From Candidatus Binatia bacterium (GTDB lineage: Bacteria; Desulfobacterota; Binatia; Bin18), in NCBI GenBank assembly GCA_041487975.1, contig JBGPOI010000003.1, positions 1 to 36,784 on the forward strand: 36,784 bases of DNA, read 5' to 3'. Positions 18,463-26,684 of the stretch are shown here, piece by piece (positions within the stretch are counted from its first letter, which is position 1; every line of letters starts with the position of its first letter). A model generated the notes under the pieces. The model saw nothing but the letters and a program-made list of their open reading frames with translations. It made no database searches and was not told where the DNA came from. The position numbers and the translations under genes were made by a program.

Positions 18463-19731
18463 TCAGTGGTCTCGCCAGCCGCTGCGCATGCCGGTGACAT
18501 GCCGCACGGCGGAATCGACGGTCATCGCTCCGTACAACATCCCGGCAAGCGGCAGTGTCCAACATCGTATGCCCGGCAAAGCAAAGAAGCGCATTGCCGG
18601 ACGGTAAATCACCGCCATGATTACCCAAGCGCACCAGCCTTCAACTACTAATGCGCTAGTCCAAGCGAAGGAGACCGCTGGCCAGCCCAGCATGCTGGCC
18701 AGCGCTGCGCTGATTCCGCCCATCACCCACAGTGGCGGCAGCAGAAACATCAGCAGCATCCCGATCACGGTCCCAACCAACCGCACCCACGAGTAGCGTA
18801 ACTCGGTAAATGCCGTGCGGCGGACCATCACCCAGATGGCCGCGAGCGAATCATACACGCGTAGGCTCTCGACTGCAGAACGGCTGAGGGCCAGTTGAAT
18901 GGGCTCATTCAGCGCTTTGATTTGCCGCGCCAGGTTCACATCGTCGATGATCTTATCCTTGATGCACGAGAAGCCGCCGGCCCGCTCAAGCGCGGAGGTT
19001 GCCAGCAAGACGCATCCGCCCGCCGCAGCCGCTACGGCACTGCGCCGTGTATTCACTTGCCGCATAGGATAGAGCAGGTTGAAGAAAAAGACGAACGGAG
19101 GAATAAGCAGACGCTCCGCGTGAGAGACACAGCGCAAACGCGCCATCCGGCTATTTAAGGCGAGGTGGTCTCGCTCGCTCTCAGCCACTAAACGTCTAAG
19201 CGATTCTGGTGCGTGGTGAATGTCGGCGTCAGTCAGCAAAAGATATTTTGGCTTGCCAGTGACCACTGAAGGACCTTCTCCCCTCGACAATCCGCAATCC
19301 GCTTCGGCCTGGCTTTTCCATTGGCCATGCAATCCGCAATGGGAAGCGCCTTGCGCAAGTGCCCATACTTTGCCCACCCAACCTTGCGGCAAAGCCGCGC
19401 CGGAGATCACTGTCAGTCGCTCGGCCGCGCCGGATTCCTCGGCCAACCTGCGGGCAATGTCGGCCGTACCGTCCGCGGAGCGATCGTCAATAACAATAAC
19501 GGCGAATTCGCCAGGGTAATCTTGCTGCAGGAGCGAGGGCAGGGTGCGCGGCAAAGATTCACTCTCGTTGCGCGCGGGGACCAGAATGCACACCGCAGGC
19601 CAAACCTGCGGCTCAGGGGGAAGCGCTTCATCGTCACCCACGGGTTGAAAATCCCACGGGCGCGCGGGGTGAAAGAGAACGCCCAACCAGATTAGCATAG
19701 AGATGAAACCGAGAGAAAACAGAATGATCAA
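18463..19731 (-). CDS. hpnB: hopanoid-associated glycosyltransferase HpnB-like
   Basis: VPARNE, DDRSADGT, LPQGWVGKVWA, LLTDADI, AERLLIPPFVFFFNLLYP, AAAAGGCVL, IIDDVNLA and MVRRTAFTEL. The TTG start overlaps the hpnA stop. Confidence 0.88.
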   Translation of the reverse strand: MIILFSLGFISMLIWLGVLFHPARPWDFQPVGDDEALPPEPQVWPAVCILVPARNESESLPRTLPSLLQQDYPGEFAVIVIDDRSADGTADIARRLAEESGAAERLTVISGAALPQGWVGKVWALAQGASHCGLHGQWKSQAEADCGLSRGEGPSVVTGKPKYLLLTDADIHHAPESLRRLVAESERDHLALNSRMARLRCVSHAERLLIPPFVFFFNLLYPMRQVNTRRSAVAAAAGGCVLLATSALERAGGFSCIKDKIIDDVNLARQIKALNEPIQLALSRSAVESLRVYDSLAAIWVMVRRTAFTELRYSWVRLVGTVIGMLLMFLLPPLWVMGGISAALASMLGWPAVSFAWTSALVVEGWCAWVIMAVIYRPAMRFFALPGIRCWTLPLAGMLYGAMTVDSAVRHVTGMRSGWRDH

Positions 19732-20765
19732 TCTTGCCGATCCCCGATCCCTGATGCTTGATCCCTGACCCCTTTCACGTACCCGTTTTCCGCAAACCAC
19801 CGCACCGCCTTGCGCAGTGCGTCGCGGACCGGCGTTTGCGTCCAACCTAATTCACGCACAGCCTTACTGGGGTCGAAGAACATCTTCTTCTTGCTGAGTT
19901 TCACGCCTACCGGGGGGGCAAACGGCTCGCGGCCAGGAATCAAGCGAGCCAAGGCCGCATCCATATAGGCCACGCCGAGAGCGAGAGCGTAGGGCACTTT
20001 GAAGCGCGGCGCCGATCGGCCGGTGAGTTCGGCGAGCAGCGACAGGATTTGCCGCAAGGTAAGGTTTTCATGGCCAAGAAGGTACTTCTCCCCCACCCGT
20101 CCCTTTTCGGCCGCCAGCAAGTGCCCACGGGCAACATCTTCCACGTCCACGAGATTGAGACCGGTATCGACGTAGCCAGGCATCCGGCCGTTGAGAAAAT
20201 CGACAATCAGCTTGCCGGTGGGAGTCGGCTTGAGATCGCCCGTGCCGACCGGGGTGCTGGGGTTCACGATCACTACCGGTAACCCTTCAGCCGCATAGCG
20301 CAGGGCGACCTGCTCAGCCAGAAACTTACTCCGTTTATAATGACCGACCATGTCAGAGAGTGACACCGGGGTCTCTTCGTTGCCAGGAGTACCGTCCTCA
20401 GGCAATCCCAGAGTCGCCACCGAGCTGGTATAGATGACTTTCTCGACTCCACCGTCCCGCGCCGCGGTGAGCACGTTTTCCGTCCCAGTGACGTTGCACT
20501 CGTACATCTCGTGTTTATGCCGCACCCAGAGCTTGTACAGCGCGGCGACGTGGTACACCTGCGCACATCCAGCGGTCGCCCGGCGGAGCGAATCGAGATC
20601 GCGTACATCCCCGTGATAAATCTCGACCGCCAGGTCGCGCAGGTTGCGGCGGTCGGCGGTCGGCCGCACGAGAAGCCGTACTTCATGGCCGGCGTGGACT
20701 AACTCACGCGCCACCCTGCCGCCGACAAAGCCCGTCGCGCCAGTGACCAGCACTCGCATAAGCAT
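19728..20765 (-). CDS. hpnA: hopanoid-associated NAD-dependent epimerase HpnA
   Basis: VTGATGFVG, HVAALY, YTSSVATLG, GHYKRSK and VNPSTPVG.GDLKPTPTGKLIVDFLNGRMPGYVDTGLN. Confidence 0.9.
   Translation of the reverse strand: MLMRVLVTGATGFVGGRVARELVHAGHEVRLLVRPTADRRNLRDLAVEIYHGDVRDLDSLRRATAGCAQVYHVAALYKLWVRHKHEMYECNVTGTENVLTAARDGGVEKVIYTSSVATLGLPEDGTPGNEETPVSLSDMVGHYKRSKFLAEQVALRYAAEGLPVVIVNPSTPVGTGDLKPTPTGKLIVDFLNGRMPGYVDTGLNLVDVEDVARGHLLAAEKGRVGEKYLLGHENLTLRQILSLLAELTGRSAPRFKVPYALALGVAYMDAALARLIPGREPFAPPVGVKLSKKKMFFDPSKAVRELGWTQTPVRDALRKAVRWFAENGYVKGVRDQASGIGDRQD
19737..19771. repeat. degenerate heptamer tandem repeat (5 copies) in the hpnA 3' tail
   Basis: CCGATCC CCGATCC CTGATGC TTGATCC CTGACCC. 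Confidence 0.7.
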
Positions 20766-20808
20766 CTCCCCCTAGAGAGGTTCACGGCGGGAGTCAAGGG
20801 GGCAGGAT

Positions 20809-20837
20809 TTGACTCTCTCTTGCTGGCTCCTTAAGGT
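20809..20837 (+). promoter_or_regulatory. candidate sigma70 promoter for the 20861 ORF
   Basis: TTGACT-N17-TAAGGT. The -35 is one arm of a GAGTCAA-N11-TTGACTC inverted repeat. Confidence 0.4.
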
Positions 20838-20860
20838 GCAAAAAAAGTCAGGAGGACGCC

Positions 20861-21106
20861 GTGGTCGCTACCGATTTGATCGGGCAGGATCTCGATAAAC
20901 AAATCATCGTCACGCAGAAGCGTTTCCAAAAGGCGATGAAAGTGCGCTTGGCGCGTATGAGCTTGGAGACCAAGGAGCGTTACTTTGCCGTTCTTTCCGT
21001 GCTGGTGGCAAAACTGGAAGACCCCGACAAGCCGTTGCGCGAAGTCCTGCAAGACGTTGTTATCGAGTCGGCACCCTATATCGCGCAAGAACTGACTGAA
21101 TCTTGA
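20861..21106 (+). CDS. small helical hypothetical protein (81 aa)
   Basis: Strong AGGAGG RBS before the GTG, amphipathic helical sequence, divergent from hpnA. Confidence 0.75.
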   Translation: MVATDLIGQDLDKQIIVTQKRFQKAMKVRLARMSLETKERYFAVLSVLVAKLEDPDKPLREVLQDVVIESAPYIAQELTES

Positions 21107-21107
21107 T

Positions 21108-21670
21108 ATGCTGAAGAAAAGCGCGAGGGCCGTCATGCATCGACTTGCTGACAGGTGGACCTGGCCACAGATACTGAAACGAGCCGCTGAAGTGCGGCGC
21201 GAGGAAGGACTCAAGAGTCTGTGGTTCAAAATCCTCGGTGAGACGGTGTACCGCCGGGCGTGCTGCTTGAGCGTCTTCTTCACGAACCCATCGTGGAGAT
21301 CACGCCTCGCCTGCGGGTAGAGATTGGCACACTCAAGGAAGCGGAGGTAAATGAATATATTGGCTTGCATCCCGAAGCCGACCCGTCTGATATCCGCCAT
21401 CGGATCAAGAGCGGACAGATGAATATTATGGCTACGAGGGGTTCACTGCTCCTAGCTTCCGCGGCCAGAACATCGCGCTGGCTCTTTACTCATATATGAT
21501 TCGCTATCTGCGAGATGCCGGCTACCAGCGATCGGTAGCAGTCATCATGCCTGAGAACAAACTGGCTTTCCGCCCCCTTGAAAGAATTGGCTACCGTCCT
21601 TTCGGTATGATGGGCTACGTCAAGATTGGTTCGTGGCGCTATGACTTTTGCCGAGTCAAGCCTAGCGCAC
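21108..21670 (+). pseudogene. fragmented GNAT-like acetyltransferase gene
   Basis: Three consecutive ORF pieces in different frames: EEGLKSLWFKILGETVYRR / LLERLLHEPI..DIRHRIKSGQ / MIRYLRDAGYQRSVAVIMPENKLAFRPLERIGY. The last piece resembles a GNAT C-terminal N..A...E..GY motif. Confidence 0.5.
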
Positions 21671-21928
21671 GCCTTGGTCGTCCTGGAAGATCTCCGCGCT
21701 GTTCCGGGAGTCGTGCAGGTACAGATCATTCAGGAAGACCTGCGCTGTTTCGTGCTCCGAGTCGTCTGTGCGGGCGACACCGATTGGGGGCAGGCAAACC
21801 AAAGACTGGACGCCGCCATGCGTATAGTGTTTGGGAATGACATTTCACTCGGAACAGAGCGGCTAGACTCCATTCCCTCCGAGCCAGGAGGCAAAGTCCG
21901 GGCAGTCATTTCACGATACCGTCAATAA
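21665..21928 (+). pseudogene. C-terminal fragment of a phenylacetate-CoA ligase/CapK-like protein
   Basis: VPGVVQVQIIQED..FVLRVV...LDSIPSEPGGKVRAVIS is typical of the family C-terminus; the rest of the gene is absent. Confidence 0.6.
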
Positions 21929-21972
21929 CCGCTTTTCTGTATTTTTCTTCCCGGCGAGGGGGATCTGCGTGA

Positions 21973-22038
21973 ATGGTATACACTCACGTGTTGACCTGTG
22001 GGGGTCGCGGGGTGTTCAGTCCAGCGGATCGGCTCTAG
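21973..22038 (+). pseudogene. intI: C-terminal remnant of integron integrase IntI
   Basis: Translates to MVYTHVLTCGGRGVFSPADRL*, matching the IntI tail (TTMIYTHVLNRGGxGVxSPLDxL) that carries the catalytic Tyr. The upstream sequence is not integrase-like. Confidence 0.85.
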
Positions 22039-22194
22039 GAATGCGATACGATATGAAGAGCGGATACGCTGCGGGCTGATATCGGGATATCCCGCCAAAA
22101 TAGCGGCCTTGGTCGGAGAGAAAAGGCTTGGCAAGATTGAGGTGACTAGTGGATACTGCTCAGGATTTTGATGTTTTCGCGTGTACCCGCTTGG

Positions 22195-22239
22195 CGAAAT
22201 ATCCCGCCGAGAGGGCAGCGGTATACTCAAGCGTTAGGT
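22195..22239 (+). mobile_element. probable attI site (core GTTAGGT at 22233-22239)
   Basis: GTTRRRY core complementary to the R'' (ACCTAAC) of attC-1. No AAC-containing inverse core within 150 bp upstream, so it is not an attC. It lies between the intI remnant and cassette 1. Confidence 0.65.
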
Positions 22240-22257
22240 AGAAAAGGAGATTCCCAA

Positions 22258-22863
22258 TTGTTAACGTGTTGCAGGGTTGCTGAACATCCGTGGGACCGAT
22301 TTAAGGTCGATCTTTTTTGGCGACCGCGGCAGCTTCGATGCCTCATCGTCGGAGAGAACCCTGGAGACGTTGAGTCAGCGTATTTCTATGAGGCTCCCGG
22401 AAGCTATGCTAACGACCCAGTAGTTGTACGACGTTGTCTACTTCGTGGTCTTCATAGCCAAAAGCTTCTTACAACAGCGACGCTCGAAGGATTTCGAGAT
22501 GCTGGATTCTTGTTCGATCATGCGCTCCGCTGTCCCTTATCGTCAGAAGACGTTAAGAAAGAACGCAGTGCAGCAATGCGATATGCCTCAAGTCGGGTTC
22601 AACACTCAGCCCATCTTCTTGCCCCGCTCTCCCAAGCTCCCATCGTATGGGTCATGGGACATCTTGCCAATAACGCTGTAGCGAACCTGACCGGAGATTT
22701 CCCAAAGGAAAAACGAAAAATTTCGTGTGATCCATTTCCAGGCGAAGCTGCTCCTGGATCACGGTTTTTCATATCTGAGTATTTCCACCGATGGAACAAA
22801 GAACATTGGACCGAAATTTGTGCAGCTTTCGCACGATTCGCTCGGGCGAGAGGTGCCTTTTGA
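22258..22863 (+). CDS. integron cassette 1: hypothetical protein, possibly uracil-DNA-glycosylase-like fold
   Basis: AAAAGGAG RBS and TTG just after the core site; RCLIVGENPG..YFY motif, FLFDHALRCP, IVWVMG. Stop 7 nt before attC-1. Confidence 0.7.
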   Translation: MLTCCRVAEHPWDRFKVDLFWRPRQLRCLIVGENPGDVESAYFYEAPGSYANDPVVVRRCLLRGLHSQKLLTTATLEGFRDAGFLFDHALRCPLSSEDVKKERSAAMRYASSRVQHSAHLLAPLSQAPIVWVMGHLANNAVANLTGDFPKEKRKISCDPFPGEAAPGSRFFISEYFHRWNKEHWTEICAAFARFARARGAF

Positions 22864-22870
22864 CGACTCC

Positions 22871-22969
22871 ACCTAACTCTCCGTTGCACCTGACCGCCGC
22901 CCGCTTGCGGATCTGAGTAAACGTGAGAGGACACAATTGGGCGGCGGCAGGTGATCGGTAGCGTTAGGT
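22871..22969 (+). mobile_element. attC site 1 (99 bp)
   Basis: R'' ACCTAAC, spacer, GTTGCACCTGACCGCCGCCC...GGGCGGCGGCAGGTGATC with extrahelical bases, R' GTTAGGT. Confidence 0.92.
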
Positions 22970-22982
22970 GCAACGAAGAACT

Positions 22983-23474
22983 ATGCATCATCCAACCTAT
23001 ATGCCTCGTCCGTCAGCGATCGGTATCATCCTGGCGGCGTCCGATATATCCGGCCTAACCGTCCTAGGCGAACTTCCTGAGTCGGTTGTACAGTGGTGGG
23101 CTCTACCTGAGCGCGTAACAATGGTTCAGGCGGACAACCAAGTCATGTTCCACTGGGCAGCCCATCCTGGTCCTGGGGGATTGCGGGCCGATACCGCGAC
23201 GTACCAATGGGTGGGAAGGTGTTGTCGCGCCATCGTCGCGAATCCATATGCACTATTGGCTGGGGATGAGTGTGAAAGGTGCCAGATCATTGGGAGGGTT
23301 GAACCACCCAGTCCTGAGTATTCGACTATTGAATATTTCAGACTTCCGCTGAAGTATGTTCCCAGCACCCGAGCGGCCTCTGGTAATCCAGAGATCTGGC
23401 TGGATACTTACATTCCACACTCACAGGACTCGATCGAGACTTATTTAAAAAAAGCGGTGATTGTGGGCACCTAA
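22983..23474 (+). CDS. integron cassette 2: hypothetical protein
   Basis: The ORF fills the inter-attC interval and its TAA stop lies inside R'' (ACCTAAC) of attC-2. No family recognised. Confidence 0.7.
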   Translation: MHHPTYMPRPSAIGIILAASDISGLTVLGELPESVVQWWALPERVTMVQADNQVMFHWAAHPGPGGLRADTATYQWVGRCCRAIVANPYALLAGDECERCQIIGRVEPPSPEYSTIEYFRLPLKYVPSTRAASGNPEIWLDTYIPHSQDSIETYLKKAVIVGT

Positions 23475-23532
23475 CCTGGCGCCGCACACGGACGCGCCGC
23501 AAGCGGCGCGCCGGTGAGCTTGGTCGTTAGGC
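23469..23532 (+). mobile_element. attC site 2 (64 bp)
   Basis: ACCTAAC-CTGGC-GCCGCACACGGACGCGCCGC-AA-GCGGCGCGCCGGTGAGC-TTGGTC-GTTAGGC. Confidence 0.92.
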
Positions 23533-23569
23533 ATCCCAAGAAACAAATCAATCAAAGGAGGGAGTTCCG

Positions 23570-24598
23570 ATGCGAGGCCAGCAGACACGTTTTATCCTCA
23601 TTATGTTAACGACCGTTGCCATTTTCGCGATTACGGTAGTGTCAGTCGCAACCGCAGGCAAGTCCAAGGCAGCCAAGATCGCAGATCTTGGCGCGGTGCA
23701 CCAGGGAAGCGACGGAGGAGCTCTTGGCATCAACAAGCACGGCAAGGTGGTGGGCGCAGTTGTCGCTCTCAACGGTACCCACGAGGCGTTCCTATATTCC
23801 CATGGGGTGGAAACAGACCTTGGTACGCTAGGCGGTAGCACTAGCTGCGCGTTCGGTATCAACGGGCGTGGTCACGTGGTGGGAACCGCTGGAACGAGCG
23901 CTGGCGGGTCCCATGCCTTTTTATACACGACCGGGGACATGCAAGACCTTGGCACGCTCGGTGGTTCGGTGAGCGGCGGATATGCAATCAATGACAGCGA
24001 TGAAGTCGTGGGTTACTCATCTCTGGCGGGAGACCAAGAGTTTCATCCGTTTCTGTACGCTAACGGCCATATGATTGATCTCGGCAGTCTTGGTGGCGAC
24101 GGGATGGCCCGTGGCATCAATAAACTAGGCCAAATTGTTGGATTCTCATTCCAGTCCGGTAACCAAAACTATCACGCATTTGTGTACCAGAACGGGATCA
24201 TGAGCGATCTTGGCACGCTCGGTGGCGTCTTCAGTTACGCTCGTGCGATCAACAACCGGGGTAAGATTGTCGGGTATGCAGACCCAGGCGACGGGACGGC
24301 GCATGCATTCTTGTATAGCAATGGGAGCATGACCGATATCGGCACTTTTGGATTTACAGGTAGTGACGCACATGCCATCAACGATCTTGGCCAAGTAGTG
24401 GGCACCGTGCGGCAAGTTTCAGGCGATACACTGGCATTTCTGTTTGATCGGGGTGAGGGCATATTGCTCAATAGTCTTCTGCCTGCAGACTCCGGTTGGA
24501 GTCTCACCGGTGCCTCCGGCATCAACAGCAGTGGCGTCATCGTCGGTGTCGGGTACCACAACGGCGAATTGAGAGCTTATTCCTTGACGCCGCCTTAG
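23570..24598 (+). CDS. integron cassette 3: secreted HAF-repeat protein
   Basis: Signal peptide, then about 7 repeats of HAFLY..G.M.DLGTLGG..S.A..IN..G.VVG; AAGGAG RBS. Confidence 0.9.
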   Translation: MRGQQTRFILIMLTTVAIFAITVVSVATAGKSKAAKIADLGAVHQGSDGGALGINKHGKVVGAVVALNGTHEAFLYSHGVETDLGTLGGSTSCAFGINGRGHVVGTAGTSAGGSHAFLYTTGDMQDLGTLGGSVSGGYAINDSDEVVGYSSLAGDQEFHPFLYANGHMIDLGSLGGDGMARGINKLGQIVGFSFQSGNQNYHAFVYQNGIMSDLGTLGGVFSYARAINNRGKIVGYADPGDGTAHAFLYSNGSMTDIGTFGFTGSDAHAINDLGQVVGTVRQVSGDTLAFLFDRGEGILLNSLLPADSGWSLTGASGINSSGVIVGVGYHNGELRAYSLTPP

Positions 24599-24703
24599 CG
24601 CGGGTCTGACCGGCCCGATCTTATTTAGTGCCAGGCACTCGTATTCATTCGGCGGGGAAAAGGTGTCAGGAACCGTTTCCCCAGACCCTGGCACCGGTGC
24701 AGG

Positions 24704-24791
24704 GCCTAACATCGCACTGGAGCCGACCGCTTCCAGCCTCCGCTCGTGCCTCGCTCCGGCTTCCAGCGGCGGCTCACCGCGGGCGTTAGAC
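24704..24791 (+). mobile_element. attC site 3 (88 bp)
   Basis: GCCTAAC-ATCGC-ACTGGAGCCGACCGCT...AGCGGCGGCTCACC-GCGGGC-GTTAGAC. Confidence 0.9.
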
Positions 24792-24923
24792 CCGGCCAAG
24801 CAAGAACCCAAGGGGAACGGTCACAAAGGGAAGAAACAAGAAACAGTGACGGTTCTAGCAGCGTCTGCAGAAGCGCGAGGAGGTTTGCCTGTTCGCCGAA
24901 AAAGGCAATGAAAGGAGAGCACA

Positions 24924-25796
24924 GTGGAGATCGGCAAGTTGGGAGCCTTTTGTTTTCTTGACGCCATGGGTGCGGAGGAGAGTGCGGCGTTCTGCCGCCG
25001 AGTCGAGCGGATGGGCTATAAGGTCCTGTGGTCGCCCGAAGCGTGGGGCCGCGACCCCTTCGCGCACGGCGGGTATCTGCTCGCCAAAACCGATCGGCTC
25101 ATCTACGCCACCGGCATCGCTAACATCTGGGTGCGCGATCCCATGACGATGGCGATGGCGGCCAAAACTCTGGCCGAAATCGCGGAGGACCGTTTCATCC
25201 TGGGGATCGGGGTCAGTCATCGCTCTCTGGTCGAGGATCTCCGCGGCCATAAATACACCAAGCCCTACAGCTACATGAGTGAGTACATCCTAAGGATGAA
25301 GTCGGCATTGTACCGGGCCGTAGCGCCTAAGACGGAGCCGCCGCTAGTGATCGCGGCGCTGCATCCCAAGATGCTGGCGCTGGCGGCGCGTGAAGCGCAT
25401 GGTACTCACACCTACCTCTGTTTGCCAGAGCATACCAAGCGCGCACGAGAGGTGATGGGACCCGACGCCTGGGTCTGTCCCAGTGTGATTGTTATTCTTG
25501 AGCATGATGCGGCCAAGGCGCGAGCGCGGGCGCGGCAACATCTGAGTTTCTACGCGTATCAAGAGAACTACCAGCGAATCCTGCTCGCGCAGGGATTTAC
25601 ACGAGCAGATTTCGAGAATGGCTGTAGCGACCGCCTGATCGACACGCTGGTCGCCTGGGGGAGTGAGGAGCAGATCCGCAAGCGGATCGACGCTCACTTG
25701 ACCGCCGGTGCCAACCACGTCTGCCTGATGCCGTTACGGTGCGATGAGAGCAATCTCCCCGACGAGCGGGCGCTAGAAGCTTTTTCCCCGCGGTGA
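24924..25796 (+). CDS. LLM-class (luciferase-like) oxidoreductase, probably F420-dependent
   Basis: ERMGYKVLWSPE, ATGIANIW.RD, RFILGIGVSH, AALHPKMLALA, GTHTY..PEHT..AR and SDRLIDTLVAWG. Confidence 0.9.
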   Translation: MEIGKLGAFCFLDAMGAEESAAFCRRVERMGYKVLWSPEAWGRDPFAHGGYLLAKTDRLIYATGIANIWVRDPMTMAMAAKTLAEIAEDRFILGIGVSHRSLVEDLRGHKYTKPYSYMSEYILRMKSALYRAVAPKTEPPLVIAALHPKMLALAAREAHGTHTYLCLPEHTKRAREVMGPDAWVCPSVIVILEHDAAKARARARQHLSFYAYQENYQRILLAQGFTRADFENGCSDRLIDTLVAWGSEEQIRKRIDAHLTAGANHVCLMPLRCDESNLPDERALEAFSPR

Positions 25797-26357
25797 AGGA
25801 GGCGAGACCTGGCAGGGGTCGTGCGGGTCTTTGAAGTCGATCACCCGGCTACTCAGCAATGGCAGCAGACAAGGAAGTAGGATTTGCGCAGGTCTGGGAC
25901 TTTGGGCCAGAAGCAGCGAACGCGCACTATTTTGCTGGTCGTGCAGACGGGTTGCGTGTCGCACCCCTGACGCATCTCATGAAAGCTCGGGTCGGTGATG
26001 TTTCCTAGCCACAGGGGGAAGAGACCAGCAGCTCGGTTAAGTGGCGCTGCTCTTATCGTGGAACCAACCGGGACGCCAACTCAGCCCGTCGCCCTCACGC
26101 GCGCAGGGACAAAGTACGCTCTGGTGATTCAGCACGAGGGAGAGGGGTTTTGTCGATTGAACAAGAGTTCGCGGTTCTGCACAGATATCAAGGGCGTACT
26201 CACCGAACCGGGCGTCCACCTAGCGCAGCATTTCCTGCCGGGCTCGTCAGGTCCTCAATTCTTCACTGATAATTCTTATCTGTTGTCATTCCCTACTAGG
26301 TTGCCCTTGGGCTTTTTGCTATTTACAGAGGACCATTTACAACAAGGAGGAAGACTC

Positions 26358-26684
26358 ATGGCAGACAATATTGTGCAGGTCTCCGACGACAGTTTTGACA
26401 GCGAAGTGCTCAAGTCGCCCGTGCCGGTGCTCATCGACTTCTGGGCGCCGTGGTGCGGGCCGTGCCGGGCGGTCGCGCCGATTGTCGACGAACTCGCGGG
26501 CGAGTATGCCGGCAAACTCAAGATCGTCAAGATGAACGTGGACGACAACCCGCGCACTCCCGCCCGCTACGGCGTGCGTGGCATTCCCAATTTGATTCTG
26601 TTCAAGAACGGTGAGGTGCAGCAACAGATCGTCGGCGCCGTACCCAAGGCGCATCTGGTCAAAGCCATTTCCACCGTGGTGTAA
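26358..26684 (+). CDS. trxA: thioredoxin
   Basis: [14 protein letters not shown] and GVRGIP; AAGGAGG RBS before ATG 26358. Confidence 0.97.
   Translation: MADNIVQVSDDSFDSEVLKSPVPVLIDFWAPWCGPCRAVAPIVDELAGEYAGKLKIVKMNVDDNPRTPARYGVRGIPNLILFKNGEVQQQIVGAVPKAHLVKAISTVV

Noticed and set aside
21922-22230. 102-aa minus-strand ORF as a divergent intI
   Set aside because: No tyrosine-recombinase motifs; the IntI-like sequence is on the plus strand.
22871-24791. CRISPR array or simple terminators as an explanation for the hairpins
   Set aside because: The units are non-identical, separated by whole genes, and have RYYYAAC/GTTRRRY ends with extrahelical bases, so they are attC sites.
24792-25796. LLM oxidoreductase as a fourth cassette
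   Set aside because: No R'' complementary to GTTAGAC and no attC-like stem seen after its stop; it looks like host backbone.
25800-26340. ncRNA, riboswitch or regulator remnant in the 540-bp gap (including ORF 26037-26219 and the upstream extension of trxA)
   Set aside because: No motif, stable structure or convincing homology that I can support by eye; it would need an Rfam and blastx search.
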